This document shows, piece by piece, positions 37,804 through 48,815 of a stretch of DNA of 64,000 bases. Below the pieces are notes generated by a model. That model saw only the letters and a list, made by a program, of their open reading frames with translations. It did no database searches and had not been told where the DNA came from. Every line of letters starts with the position of its first letter. Positions within the stretch are counted from its first letter, which is position 1. Both the position numbers and the translations under genes were made by a program. The DNA is from Tubulanus polymorphus. Taxonomy: Eukaryota > Animalia > Nemertea. The stretch covers positions 14,019,653 through 14,083,652 of the forward strand of contig NC_134028.1 of assembly GCF_964204645.1 (NCBI RefSeq), written 5' to 3'.

Positions 37804-38485
37804 ATGGTGGAATTAAAAGAATTCAAGAATTGTGTTGATTTAAAATTAGTTAATATAAGTTTATGTTATTCTTTTTACAATGTATCGGATAAAACTTTTG
37901 AACATAGAGGGTTTATGATTTATATGAGAAATAAAGAAAAATGGTTTCATATATTTTTAAAACCCGGATTATATAATTTAGAATCATTAGCGCAGGAAAT
38001 TAAAAGAAGAGCACGGTTGAAAATCGGGGGCACTTCTGTATTTGAAATTAAATTTAATAAAATTGATAGTACTAATAAAATAAGAATAAAGATATCTAAT
38101 GAACAACATAAATTTATGGTAAACAAACCACTGGCTAAAATGTTAGGAATTAAACCGCTTACAGTTACTGGAAACGCCGAAGGCAGCTCAAATATAATAC
38201 CTTTTACACACTTTTATATTTATTGCAATTTAATCGATCCTACAAAAACATTCGAAGCAACTAAAGAAACAATTTGTAGTTCTAGTATACTAAATATTTT
38301 ACCGCTAAAAAATGTTAAAACAATTTGGAACTCAAATAAATTATAATTTAACAGAATGTGATTTTAAACCTTGCATTCCTAAATTTAATAATTTTAAATT
38401 AGAAATAAGAAATCATAATGGATATTTAATTGATTTGAATAACTTTCCTGTGATATATGAATTAGTTATAAGATGTAGAGAGTAA
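37804..38485 (+). pseudogene. Penton, N-terminal in-frame deletion and C-terminal frameshift
   Basis: MVELKE joined to FKNC (lacks YRIFVDS...LDRE). Confidence 0.8.
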
Positions 38486-38502
38486 TTTTTTTCACTATAT
38501 AA

Positions 38503-38853
38503 ATGAATATAACTGTTGGACCGAGTATATGTTTTGGATTTGATTTTAAACTTGAGAAAGAAATGAAATTTAACGTTAATGATGTAATTACACATATCAA
38601 AAATATTACATTTTCTAATGAAACAACATTTGAGTATGAAACAACAATAGATAAAGAAACTTTAAATGTAGAAAAGATTACTAATTTAATTAGAGAATCT
38701 TTAAGTTTTTATGAATTAGATGAAGATTTTATCATCGATGATATTAAAAAAATAATAATTGAAATATATACAAATGAAACTAGTAATGAAATAAATGTTG
38801 AATTAATCATAAATAAGATAACTAAATATTTTGATGATAGTAATTTTTTTTGA
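38503..38853 (+). CDS. 116-aa hypothetical protein
   Basis: Orthologue of 13426-13767. Confidence 0.8.
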   Translation: MNITVGPSICFGFDFKLEKEMKFNVNDVITHIKNITFSNETTFEYETTIDKETLNVEKITNLIRESLSFYELDEDFIIDDIKKIIIEIYTNETSNEINVELIINKITKYFDDSNFF

Positions 38854-38860
38854 TAAATAA

Positions 38861-39082
38861 ATGAGTGATAATAAGTGGATAATAACTGGATTATATAATG
38901 GCGCATTACTATCAGTTGGAACTGTTGGTTATTCAATGGTATTAAAAAAATTATTTAAAATGGGAAGTGTTAATGTTGATAGATTTGATATAAATGATAT
39001 TTTAAAATTAACGTTAGCAGTTACTTTATCTAATTTAACTATTGATTATTTAGAAAAACAAAAATATATTCCTCCCATATAA
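38861..39082 (+). CDS. 73-aa hydrophobic protein
   Basis: Orthologue of 13204-13425. Confidence 0.8.
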   Translation: MSDNKWIITGLYNGALLSVGTVGYSMVLKKLFKMGSVNVDRFDINDILKLTLAVTLSNLTIDYLEKQKYIPPI

Positions 39083-39106
39083 ATACATAATTTTTTTGTT
39101 AAATAA

Positions 39107-39529
39107 ATGGCTTCTGCAATTATAACTATTATAGGATCGGCAATTGTTAACGCTTTAGCATTTACTGGAGGTGGATATTTATTTAAACATATTGATAAAA
39201 ATAGTTCATTAGGAGAACAAAGAAGACATGACTTAGCATTAGAGAAATACAATAAAGCAGCAGAAGAATATAGAGAAAAGAGGCAAAACTATATGGATTA
39301 TATTAACAAAGAATTATATGATCAGAAGATTTCACATAGAGATTTTCAATCAGTTGATGATGCAATGAGTTTATATAACGCGGTAACAAATAAAGAAAAA
39401 TTACATCTATACAAACCTAAATTATCAGATTATTATACCCCAAGTAAAGAACAACAGAAATATGAAATAATATGGATTTTAGGTGGAACTGTTATTGTTA
39501 TATTTGTAGCATATAAATTTACTAATTAG
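39107..39529 (+). CDS. 140-aa membrane protein (N- and C-terminal hydrophobic segments, central coiled coil)
   Basis: Intact ORF with TAAATG start. Confidence 0.85.
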   Translation: MASAIITIIGSAIVNALAFTGGGYLFKHIDKNSSLGEQRRHDLALEKYNKAAEEYREKRQNYMDYINKELYDQKISHRDFQSVDDAMSLYNAVTNKEKLHLYKPKLSDYYTPSKEQQKYEIIWILGGTVIVIFVAYKFTN

Positions 39530-39548
39530 TAATTTTAATTCTAAATAA

Positions 39549-39878
39549 ATGGAAGATAAAGTTGATAGTATTGATATTATTCCTCATGATATAAATAAAA
39601 CTAAATTAAAAACATATTTAGAAAAACAAATATTAGAATTTGAAAGTGACTTAAAGATAAAAAAGAAAAAATATTTAAAAAGTAAAATTATATTTTATTT
39701 GATTATTAGTGGTTCGGTTACAATTAGTTCTGTAATAACATTTCTAGCAATATTCAGTCCATTAACACCTTTAGCTATATCAATTGGTGTATTAGGATTA
39801 AGTTCAAGTGTTTTAGCTGGCATAAGTTCAAAATTAAATATAAAAAGTAATAAAGAAAAAATTAAAACTAATATTTAA
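39549..39878 (+). CDS. Two-TM small protein (premature stop; homology runs to ~39980)
   Basis: Orthologue of 12420-12737. Confidence 0.75.
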   Translation: MEDKVDSIDIIPHDINKTKLKTYLEKQILEFESDLKIKKKKYLKSKIIFYLIISGSVTISSVITFLAIFSPLTPLAISIGVLGLSSSVLAGISSKLNIKSNKEKIKTNI

Positions 39879-39999
39879 AGAAATTAATAAATTAAAGAAT
39901 ACACTAGATTATATAATAAGTTTAATGGCCATATAACAGTTGAAGAACAAGATAAATTATTAAAAGAATTAATAAATTATTAATTTTTTTATTAAATAA

Positions 40000-41388
40000 A
40001 TGGTAGATAGTTTTCCAAAAGCTTTCCAATATAATAAATCAATTAAATATAATATTCCAGCAATAGATTTTAATAAAGATATTACATATAGAAATGAAGT
40101 TTTAGATTCATTAACTAATTTAGAAATTTATGTTACTGAAACTAATAATTTTAATGCAAAGATGGAAAATATATTTCATGTATATTTAATTAATTTTAAA
40201 AAATTGAAAGATGAAAAACAATGGTTATTAAAATCTAATATGAAGTATTGGCAGAACCAATTAAATTTTGCTGTTTATTGTGCAACAACAGGATGTGGAA
40301 TTAGTTGGAATGATCATTTGAATAATTCTAAATATAAATTAATTCAAAGTTTATTTAGATTTCATACATACTTTCAAATCAGAATAATATTAAATGAATT
40401 AGAGTGCGCTTTACCAGGATCAAGATATTTTAAAGAATTAGATAATAATATTAATTTATCAAAATTTTATAAAATATGTAATGAATTTAATATAGATATA
40501 AATAATTCTGATTTTAGAACAAAAATTGGAACAATAAGATCACTTCCTTGCCCTAAAAAGATTGCAGAATATTGCGCACTTCCCATACCACCTAATAGCT
40601 TTTATAATATCTATAATAATAAATTAGGTTATGGTAAAATAGAAACAAAGGATTTAGAAACATTAAATTTAAATAAATTACCGAAATTTTATGATCATTT
40701 AAAACAAGAAAACAATAATGGTTGGGTTTATTTTATTTTAGAAAACAGTGAAGGTTTCACTAAATCAGGTATAGAAAGAATAAATCAATCTATTAGAACT
40801 TATTTGATATGTATTCTAGGATCACAGGTTGAAACAAGATCACCGATAATTGGAAATTTGAATACATCATTCGATACACAGAAACAATTTAAAGTTTTAT
40901 TTGAAGATTCAATTCATAATGATAAAAATAGATCGATTCCAGAAAACATTATAAGATATCAAAATTATTTAGATAAATCTCATGTAAGACTTAATTATTG
41001 TATAGGCCCTAATCTATTAATCATTTCTAATGATTTAGTATTAAAGATGGGACATATAATTGGTAATAATAATCTAATTAAAACTGCAACAATAAATAAT
41101 TCATTTGGATTGAATGATATGAATAAAAAGATTATTACCGCTCCAAAATTAATGGATGGGGAAAAAAATAAAAAACATATTCAATCAACAGAAACTAAAA
41201 CTAAGAATATTAAATTAAATAATGATTCTAAAATAAAAGATTATAATACATTCGAAAATATAAAAACTGATAATATTCAACATGATATAATTAAAACTAA
41301 TGATGGTAATAAATCCCATGAAAATACTAAATTAGCTATAACTTGTATAGGAATTGTAATCGGAGGAACATTATATTTTGAATTTTAA
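40000..41388 (+). CDS. 462-aa conserved protein with C-terminal TM anchor
   Basis: Orthologue of 10984-12285. Confidence 0.85.
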   Translation: MVDSFPKAFQYNKSIKYNIPAIDFNKDITYRNEVLDSLTNLEIYVTETNNFNAKMENIFHVYLINFKKLKDEKQWLLKSNMKYWQNQLNFAVYCATTGCGISWNDHLNNSKYKLIQSLFRFHTYFQIRIILNELECALPGSRYFKELDNNINLSKFYKICNEFNIDINNSDFRTKIGTIRSLPCPKKIAEYCALPIPPNSFYNIYNNKLGYGKIETKDLETLNLNKLPKFYDHLKQENNNGWVYFILENSEGFTKSGIERINQSIRTYLICILGSQVETRSPIIGNLNTSFDTQKQFKVLFEDSIHNDKNRSIPENIIRYQNYLDKSHVRLNYCIGPNLLIISNDLVLKMGHIIGNNNLIKTATINNSFGLNDMNKKIITAPKLMDGEKNKKHIQSTETKTKNIKLNNDSKIKDYNTFENIKTDNIQHDIIKTNDGNKSHENTKLAITCIGIVIGGTLYFEF

Positions 41389-41404
41389 TTTTCTTATTAT
41401 GTAA

Positions 41405-42876
41405 ATGGATGTAGAAGGTGGAGAAGATTATGAAATGGGAGAAATGGGAAATAATAATGAAGGATATATTGATGATGAACCACAACCTGATTTTAATGAA
41501 ACTAATATTGAAAATGATGATGAATCAGCATATAATTCTAATTTAGCAGATAGTGGTTCTAAAGCCCCATCAACAGATGAATTTGATAGAAGAACTAGAT
41601 CGAGAATAAATCCTGAAAATGAAAATCAAGGTTTATCAAGACAAGATTTAGAAAATTATAAATTTATATATAAATTCCAACATGTATTTGAAGAATCTGG
41701 ATATAATATAAATGACAGAGGCGCCAGACTTTTAGTAGAAAATTTAAAACTTTTTAAAGGTAAATATTATTATCATTTGGATGGTGTGGATGGTATTATA
41801 TTGATATCACTAATCAAAGGACAAGACTAACTAAAATATAAGCGGAATCAACTTTGCTTAAGTTAGAACCAGATAGAATTAAGAGAATAAGTAATAGTAA
41901 TGAAATAACTGATGTTACACAAGAAGAAAGAGATGATAATATACTAGAATTTAGTCAAAGAATTGATGACTTATTAAAAATAATCAATAATAATTTAGAA
42001 ACAGAAACAACTTCTGAACAGAATAAAACTTCCAAAACTAGTAAACTTAAATCAAATAAAGTTCCAATTGAAAAACTTTTACCGAATGGATTACTTGATG
42101 CAACAGATCAAGAATTAGAAGATTTAGATATATTTTCTGATAAAGCAATTAGAGAGATTATTAGTATAAGAAATGCATCTGATAAAATTGCGCATGATAA
42201 AAGTATAAGAGATTTTAAAATTAGAACTTTAGAAAAAGAATTAACTGATAAAAATAAAGAAATAGAACAATTAAAATTAGATAGAGATAATAAAGTTATT
42301 GAAGAAATTGAATTTAAAAAAAGAAATGCATATTTAGAAAAAGAAAAAGATGATTTAGAATATAACATAGAATTACAAAAAGAAGAAATTAAATCATTAT
42401 TAAAATCATATGATTATAATATTAATAGATTAAAGGATGTTTTTAAAAGATATCTAATAAAACCAGATTCTAGAATATCATTGAAAGATAGAATAAAATT
42501 ATTATTTAAGTTTGAAGGAATAACAATTCTTTCAATTCTAACATCTGTAACTATGGTATTTACAACAATTGGTTTAGCAATATCAAATGCTTTAAAATCT
42601 ACGCCTACACCCAATAAACCAGATAAACCCCCAGGTAATATTTCTATACAAGATAAAGTTAAAGATGGTTTAAAGAAATTAGCAAAATATTTATGGGAAC
42701 TATCTAAAAAATCTACTGCAGCTTTACCAGGAATTATTGCATCAATTGTTGGTTTTATATTGAAATCTGCAGGAAACATTATTAACTTTGCTGCTGAACA
42801 TATTATTTTATTTTTAATAACTGTTGTAAGTGCTATTATTTTTGGGTTAGTAAATATTATATCAAAAAATAAATAA
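41405..42876 (+). pseudogene. Acidic/coiled-coil protein with hydrophobic C-terminus (split near 41830)
   Basis: ORFs 41405-41830 and 41854-42876; heptad region plus GITILSILTSVTMVFTTIGLAI and IILFLITVVSAIIFGLV. Confidence 0.8.
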
Positions 42877-42896
42877 TTAATTTTTTTGTTAAATCA

Positions 42897-44144
42897 ATGA
42901 GTGGGAGTTATATCAATCCTTCTAAGAATCATAGAATATCTAATGCTATTAAAGCAGAAAGATCACATCATATAATTACTCATAACCCTTCTAATATTAA
43001 TCCCGATGAAACTTTATACGTTAGAATTCCTCGATTAACACAAAATACTTTTTATGTTCCAAATAGTATTTATTTATCGGCCGATATAAAAGTAATCGGT
43101 AATAATAATAATTATGTTGTTGATAATGTTGGAAGATATTTGATTAAAAAGTTAACAATAAAGATTGGTCCAGAAACAGTTTTCTCATTAGATGATTATA
43201 ATTTATTTATGCATTATAAAGATTTATGGTTAACTAAAGAAAATAGAAATAATATGATATTTCAAGGCATCCAATCAGAAAACCAAAATAAATTAAGATC
43301 AGAAGCTAATAGCGCAATATTAACTAATGCTGTAGATAAATTGATAAAAAGTATATATGGAAGCAAATATAAAATTCCATTAGACTTTGAATTGATAAAT
43401 AATAATGCACCTTTATATAAATACGCAATTCAAGAAGATATTATATTTGAGATAACGTTTGCTCCTGTAAATGAAATTGTATTATCTAGCGTTGTTAAAG
43501 ATATGAGTTATAAATTATCGAATATATGTTTAGAATATGACACAGTAACTGATGAAAATATTTCAAGTATAATTCAAACTAAATACAATCAAGGATTTTC
43601 ATTATTATATGATTATATTGATAAATTTAAAACCGTAACTATTAATGCAAATGATGAAATAATTAATGAGAATATTAACTTCCCAAGAAGATCTATTAAA
43701 GGCATATTAATATTTTTTACCATTGCAACATATACTAATGGCGCAATAAATGTTGATAATTATTATAATCCTGAAATAACAAAAGTAGAAATAACTATCG
43801 AAGGAATAGCAAATAAAATATTTTGTCAAGGAATGAGAATGATTGATCAATGGCCAGAAATTAGAAAACATTTTATGAATGAAAAAGTAAAATCATTTGA
43901 AAATTGTAACATTAATCAAATTGATTATTATACCGGTAATAAATATGCATTATGGTTAGATTTTAGAACAACAGAGGATAATTCATCACATGGTTCTGGA
44001 AAAAAACTGCAAAACACTAAAGATGGAATACAATTATTCATGACAAAGAATAAAGGAATCAAAAATTTTAAAATGCATATTTATATTATATCTGACGCGC
44101 AATTAAATATTATAAATTCACAATTAGATAGTGTTATGTATTAA
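42897..44144 (+). CDS. Major capsid protein (double jelly-roll), intact 415 aa
   Basis: Size, beta-rich pattern (THNPS.I.P...LYVRIP.L, NVGR.LIKKL.I, LEYDTV, YALWLDFR) and very high conservation between copies. Fold is inferred. Confidence 0.8.
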   Translation: MSGSYINPSKNHRISNAIKAERSHHIITHNPSNINPDETLYVRIPRLTQNTFYVPNSIYLSADIKVIGNNNNYVVDNVGRYLIKKLTIKIGPETVFSLDDYNLFMHYKDLWLTKENRNNMIFQGIQSENQNKLRSEANSAILTNAVDKLIKSIYGSKYKIPLDFELINNNAPLYKYAIQEDIIFEITFAPVNEIVLSSVVKDMSYKLSNICLEYDTVTDENISSIIQTKYNQGFSLLYDYIDKFKTVTINANDEIINENINFPRRSIKGILIFFTIATYTNGAINVDNYYNPEITKVEITIEGIANKIFCQGMRMIDQWPEIRKHFMNEKVKSFENCNINQIDYYTGNKYALWLDFRTTEDNSSHGSGKKLQNTKDGIQLFMTKNKGIKNFKMHIYIISDAQLNIINSQLDSVMY

Positions 44145-44176
44145 AATTTTAACTTTAATAAAAAATCTTATATTAA

Positions 44177-45003
44177 ATGGAAGGAGGTAAAGTATATAAA
44201 CATATTCCATACATCGATACACATGAAAATAATGATGGTTTATATTATGTAATACCTTGTAATATAGCTTTGATATTTGATCCTATTTTCAAAATTTATA
44301 AAACTAAACTAATAGAAATCGATAATAATAAAGGTGGTGTTGTTGATAATTTAAGTAATGTAATTGATAATAATGTAATACCTACTACAGTAATACCTAC
44401 TACAGTAATACCTACTACTTCTGATAATATAATACCTACTACATCTAATAATAAAATGATATTAGATGTTAGTGAAAATAGAAATTATTGTGGTTATTGT
44501 AATGGTGAATTTTCAAACGCTCCATCAAATTGGAATAAACATATGAATACAAATTCACATAATACTAATGTTATAGAACGTGTTGGTTTAAAAGAATTTA
44601 TAGAACACCCATTTAGATATGTTACAAAATTTGTTTCAAATAAAAAAGTAAATGGTAAAGAATTATATGAAGATTTTTTATTAGCAACACCTAATAAAGA
44701 TGAATTAGATTTAAGCGATGCTAATGAAATATTAGGATCAAACACTGTAAATGAAATATTAGGAGCAAACACTAATAAAGATTCTATGAAACATAAAGTA
44801 GAAAATAATAATAATTTGATTGGATGAATAAGTATAAAAATGAAACAAATATTGATGATTCGGTAAAAAAGGTGAAAAATAAGTATAAAAATAATAAACC
44901 AATTATTTATGAAGATACGGTAGAGCATTTGAATAAATTGTTAGGGTCTGAAAGTGATTATAGTGAAAGTGATTCAGAAATTAATTATCTAACACTCAAA
45001 TAA
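44177..45003 (+). CDS. Zinc-finger / PTS-repeat protein (ORF to 44827; C-terminus frameshifted)
   Basis: Orthologue of 7356-8201. Confidence 0.75.
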
Positions 45004-45061
45004 TAAAGGTTGAAAATTGTATAAAATAATAGTAAATAAAAAAGGGGGTTTTAAGTATTTA

Positions 45062-45162
45062 AGGTATCTAATAGGGTATCAGGTATTAGGGTATCTAATA
45101 GGGTATCAGGTATTAGGGTATCTAATGGGGTATCAGGTATTAGGGTATCTAATAGGGTATCT
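45062..45162. repeat. 31-bp minisatellite (ggtatctaatagggtatcaggtattag-type) between convergent gene blocks
   Basis: About three tandem units. Confidence 0.8.
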
Positions 45163-45172
45163 ACACAAATAG

Positions 45173-45784
45173 TTATTTTATAAATTTATATTCATATGGA
45201 AATTGTAGTCTTAGTAATAATTTTGAACCTTTATTATTCTTTAATTTATTCATATATTCATCATGTAATTCAGTAGGTATAATTAGATTTTCTTCCAATG
45301 ATTGTTGCATAGATTTTTTATCTTTGTTATAAAATAAAACTAGAAATCTAATGTTTTCTCTAAAGTCTTTAACAATTGAATTATATTTTTGATTTAAAAC
45401 CCATGTTGTTATCCCGAAATGTCTTCCAGAGAACGCTAGATAACATAACTCACTTTCTCTAACTTTTGAATCATGTAAATTTGCGCAATCATCTACAATG
45501 AATAATGTATTTGATCCTTTATAAGTATCAATTGCTATTTTAATACAATTATCTAAATTTTCTTTTACTGTTTTAGGGTCTAATATAATAAACTTTTTCA
45601 TCTTAACTATATCTCTATTGTATGTTTTATTCATTTCATAAGTAGGACAGAATAATATTATATTATCAAAATGATTCTTATAAATAGTTTCTAACAAATC
45701 TAATATGAAATGTGTTTTACCACAGTTTGTTACTCCAGTAACTAACATATTATGCGGTTCAAATATAAATAAATCTTTATTCAT
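45173..45784 (-). CDS. A32/FtsK-like packaging ATPase, intact
   Basis: GVTNCGKT, LFIVDD, SGRHFG, NQKY...FREN. Confidence 0.95.
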   Translation of the reverse strand: MNKDLFIFEPHNMLVTGVTNCGKTHFILDLLETIYKNHFDNIILFCPTYEMNKTYNRDIVKMKKFIILDPKTVKENLDNCIKIAIDTYKGSNTLFIVDDCANLHDSKVRESELCYLAFSGRHFGITTWVLNQKYNSIVKDFRENIRFLVLFYNKDKKSMQQSLEENLIIPTELHDEYMNKLKNNKGSKLLLRLQFPYEYKFIK

Positions 45785-46874
45785 TTATTCTTTTAATTTT
45801 ACTAGATAAAATCCATTCATTAAATTTATCATCGTATCCTTTATATTTCACCAAAGAATACTTTTTTCCTTTAAGAGATTTTGTTTTCAATACTTTTTCT
45901 ATTTTGTATTCTATTTCATCTGGATTTGGTACAAGTGATAATTCTTGTTCATAGAAATAACCTAATATTTCTTCATCTTTCAGATCTTCTAATTTATAAA
46001 CAAAAGGTTTAGTTAATATTATCTTTTTAATTTTAAATATTTCTTCAGTAAAATTTGGGGTATAACCTTTATAAAAGGTTTTTCTATATTTAGATATTCT
46101 TACGTGTTGTCCAATTTTAAATTTAGGTTCTCCAAAATCATGTGTAACAAACGCACCATATAAATTATTCCAAACTATTTCCGAATTATCTTCTTTTCTA
46201 GCTTGTATAGGTTTCATATTTATAGAACTATGTTTAGAATTATTATAACCTTTCACTAAATCATCTAATATATTTATAGACTCATCGATATATTCATATG
46301 TTTCATTAGCAGTAAAATATTTCCACATTCTAGTTTTCAATGTTTTATTAAATCTTTCTATAATAGATGCTTTTTTGTCTGAGTGTGTTGAAAAATATTC
46401 TACATCGTTATCAGATAATAGTTTTTTAAAATGTTTGTTATAGAATTCCTTACCTTCATCAAATTGTATCTTATCTGGAATAGCTTCTTTAAATATAGAT
46501 TTAAAAGCATTTGTTACTTCTATTCCAGTTTTATTTTTGATTGGAACTGACCATGCGTATCTACTGAATATGTCTATAACATTCAGTATCCAGAAATATC
46601 CTTTGTTGTATTCCTCTAAGTTCTTCATGTCAATTAAATCTGCTTGCCATTGTTGATCGATATATGAAACCATAACTTTTCTTGTTAAATAAGTTTTATC
46701 CATTTTCTTGTGGATTTGGTATGTTGGTTGATTTTGTAACCATGATTTCAATTCACTATATTTTATATCACCATTATCAGATTTAATTTTACCCCATAAT
46801 TCTGAAACGTTAGAATATGACACTTCACTTTCTGGGTTATAATATAAATCTCTTAAATATTGTTCTTTTTTCAT
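45777..46874 (-). CDS. rve integrase with chromodomain, intact
   Basis: As 5315-6406. Confidence 0.96.
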   Translation of the reverse strand: MKKEQYLRDLYYNPESEVSYSNVSELWGKIKSDNGDIKYSELKSWLQNQPTYQIHKKMDKTYLTRKVMVSYIDQQWQADLIDMKNLEEYNKGYFWILNVIDIFSRYAWSVPIKNKTGIEVTNAFKSIFKEAIPDKIQFDEGKEFYNKHFKKLLSDNDVEYFSTHSDKKASIIERFNKTLKTRMWKYFTANETYEYIDESINILDDLVKGYNNSKHSSINMKPIQARKEDNSEIVWNNLYGAFVTHDFGEPKFKIGQHVRISKYRKTFYKGYTPNFTEEIFKIKKIILTKPFVYKLEDLKDEEILGYFYEQELSLVPNPDEIEYKIEKVLKTKSLKGKKYSLVKYKGYDDKFNEWILSSKIKRINE

Positions 46875-46880
46875 TCTATT

Positions 46881-47243
46881 TTAATCCATTAATAATAATT
46901 TAGATTTAGTTTCAATGGCTTTATGATTTGACTTATTTTCTGGTATAATATGTTTCCGATTGTCATTGGAATCATATTTATCATCAGATTTGAATTTTGA
47001 TTTATATATTACACCGGATAATATAATAACTGTTACTAATCCAATTGTAATATATAATTTATAATTACTTCCAGCATTAAAAGAATCAGATGGATTATCA
47101 TTTGAATCAATATCAGGTGATTCATTTATATCAGTTAATTTCTTTTTCTTAGCTTTTTTTAATTCTGAAGATCTTTTACCTAATTCTCTTGCCCATTTAA
47201 TTTGTTTCTCGGATCTAGCCTTTTTCTTAACTCCATCACTAAT
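46881..47243 (-). pseudogene. Single-TM small protein; open frame but ATG mutated to ATT
   Basis: 121 codons in frame; orthologue 4940-5308. Confidence 0.7.
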
Positions 47244-47838
47244 TTATTTTAGTTGATTTTTGTTCTGATTCATTTTCTCTTTCGCCGTTTGGTTGTAGTA
47301 CATCTGTTTCGTTCTTACCTGATTTATATTCCATAGGCTTGATGTTCGAAAATGTTATGACGCCAGTAGAAATTAATGTCATAACCGATCCTAATTGGAA
47401 TGAAGCATAACCAACCCATTTTTGTAATTCAGTCATAACTAAATAGTCATTTTTCAAATCACTATATAATTTATTTTCATCATCAATTGGTATTAACTGG
47501 TTACATAACTTAGAATAACATTTGACAATACCATTCGAAATAGAATCATTTATTTTAGCTAATCTTGCTTCTTCATAAATCTTAAAATATTTTATTACTT
47601 TATCTGGTTTCATAGAGTCTAGTTCGTGAAAAGTAATGATTCTATTTAAAAACTCCTTAGATTTCCCGCCAGCAATTAATAATTCAAGATGATGCTTACA
47701 ATATAAATAGTATTCATAATCTATATTGTTATTAACTTGAATAGAATTAGTTACAACTGTATCTTTATTATCACTTATACCCAAATCATCTAATGTCTTT
47801 TCAATATCAATACTATTCTTATTAGATTTCTTTGACAT
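47239..47838 (-). CDS. 199-aa hypothetical protein
   Basis: Orthologue of 4345-4947. Confidence 0.85.
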   Translation of the reverse strand: MSKKSNKNSIDIEKTLDDLGISDNKDTVVTNSIQVNNNIDYEYYLYCKHHLELLIAGGKSKEFLNRIITFHELDSMKPDKVIKYFKIYEEARLAKINDSISNGIVKCYSKLCNQLIPIDDENKLYSDLKNDYLVMTELQKWVGYASFQLGSVMTLISTGVITFSNIKPMEYKSGKNETDVLQPNGERENESEQKSTKIN

Positions 47839-48140
47839 TTATATTAGAGGAAAAAAGCCCAAAAAAATATTATAAGTATTCTTCAAATGATACCAGTATC
47901 TCTTTAGATTAATACTAGCTTAGTTAAAGGTAAAGAATTTTAGTATTAGTTATTGTTTTTTAGTATTTTTTATTTGTGATATAAAGTATTCTTTTTTGAA
48001 AAGAATATATTAAAAATATAATAGAATTCACTAGCTAGTTGAAGTTATTGTTTTTTTAATATTTTTTATTTAAAATCTATTTGATATCTCACTACTTTTG
48101 TTTATCTATTAGGAGCAGTAGTTATAACTGTCCAGATAAG

Positions 48141-48815
48141 TCATTTCGGATCCTTGATATCAAATTCCTCAACGTATTGTTCATTATTTGGATCATTGTT
48201 CCATAATTCAACAAATGTCTTTGCTTTATCCAGTTGATCTAAATATAATTTCATATCTAGTTTATTAGATTTAATTATGTTTTCCTTCTTTTCTAAAGGC
48301 CTTAAATTTTTCCAACTCCAAATAAGTTTTTTATTGTATTCATCATTCATGTTAAATTTAGATATTGGTAACACGTGATCAATATGGTAATAATCCCCAT
48401 AATTATCTATATTCATTTTATCATCGAATTGAAATAAAATCCATGATTTGAGAAATTCATCTGAACAACCCAACAAATTAGATAATGTTTCTGAATGTGT
48501 TTCTTTGTTGAATAATTGTGTTAATCTAGACCTTAAGCATTGTTTCAATCTAAAATTAAGATCTGTTTGATATCTTCCTCTCATATATTCTGTCATATAA
48601 TCATTGTAAGCTTCTCTATTATCTTCTCGATATTGTTTGGTATATAGTTTAGTACAAGTTTTACAGCAATATTGAAAACCATATTTGCTAATCTTACGCT
48701 TACTAAATTCTCTTAATGATTTATCTAATTCATATTTAGAACACTTCTTGTAGTATATGTTTATAACGCCAGTGTTATTTGTAATATTGATAGTTTGTGG
48801 TTGTTCTGATTCCAT
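48141..48815 (-). CDS. HNH/EndoVII-like endonuclease of the type seen in large DNA viruses
   Basis: CCKTC, LGCS..FL, HIDHVLP..F, W.NLRPL...EN..KSNK. Confidence 0.8.
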   Translation of the reverse strand: MESEQPQTINITNNTGVINIYYKKCSKYELDKSLREFSKRKISKYGFQYCCKTCTKLYTKQYREDNREAYNDYMTEYMRGRYQTDLNFRLKQCLRSRLTQLFNKETHSETLSNLLGCSDEFLKSWILFQFDDKMNIDNYGDYYHIDHVLPISKFNMNDEYNKKLIWSWKNLRPLEKKENIIKSNKLDMKLYLDQLDKAKTFVELWNNDPNNEQYVEEFDIKDPK

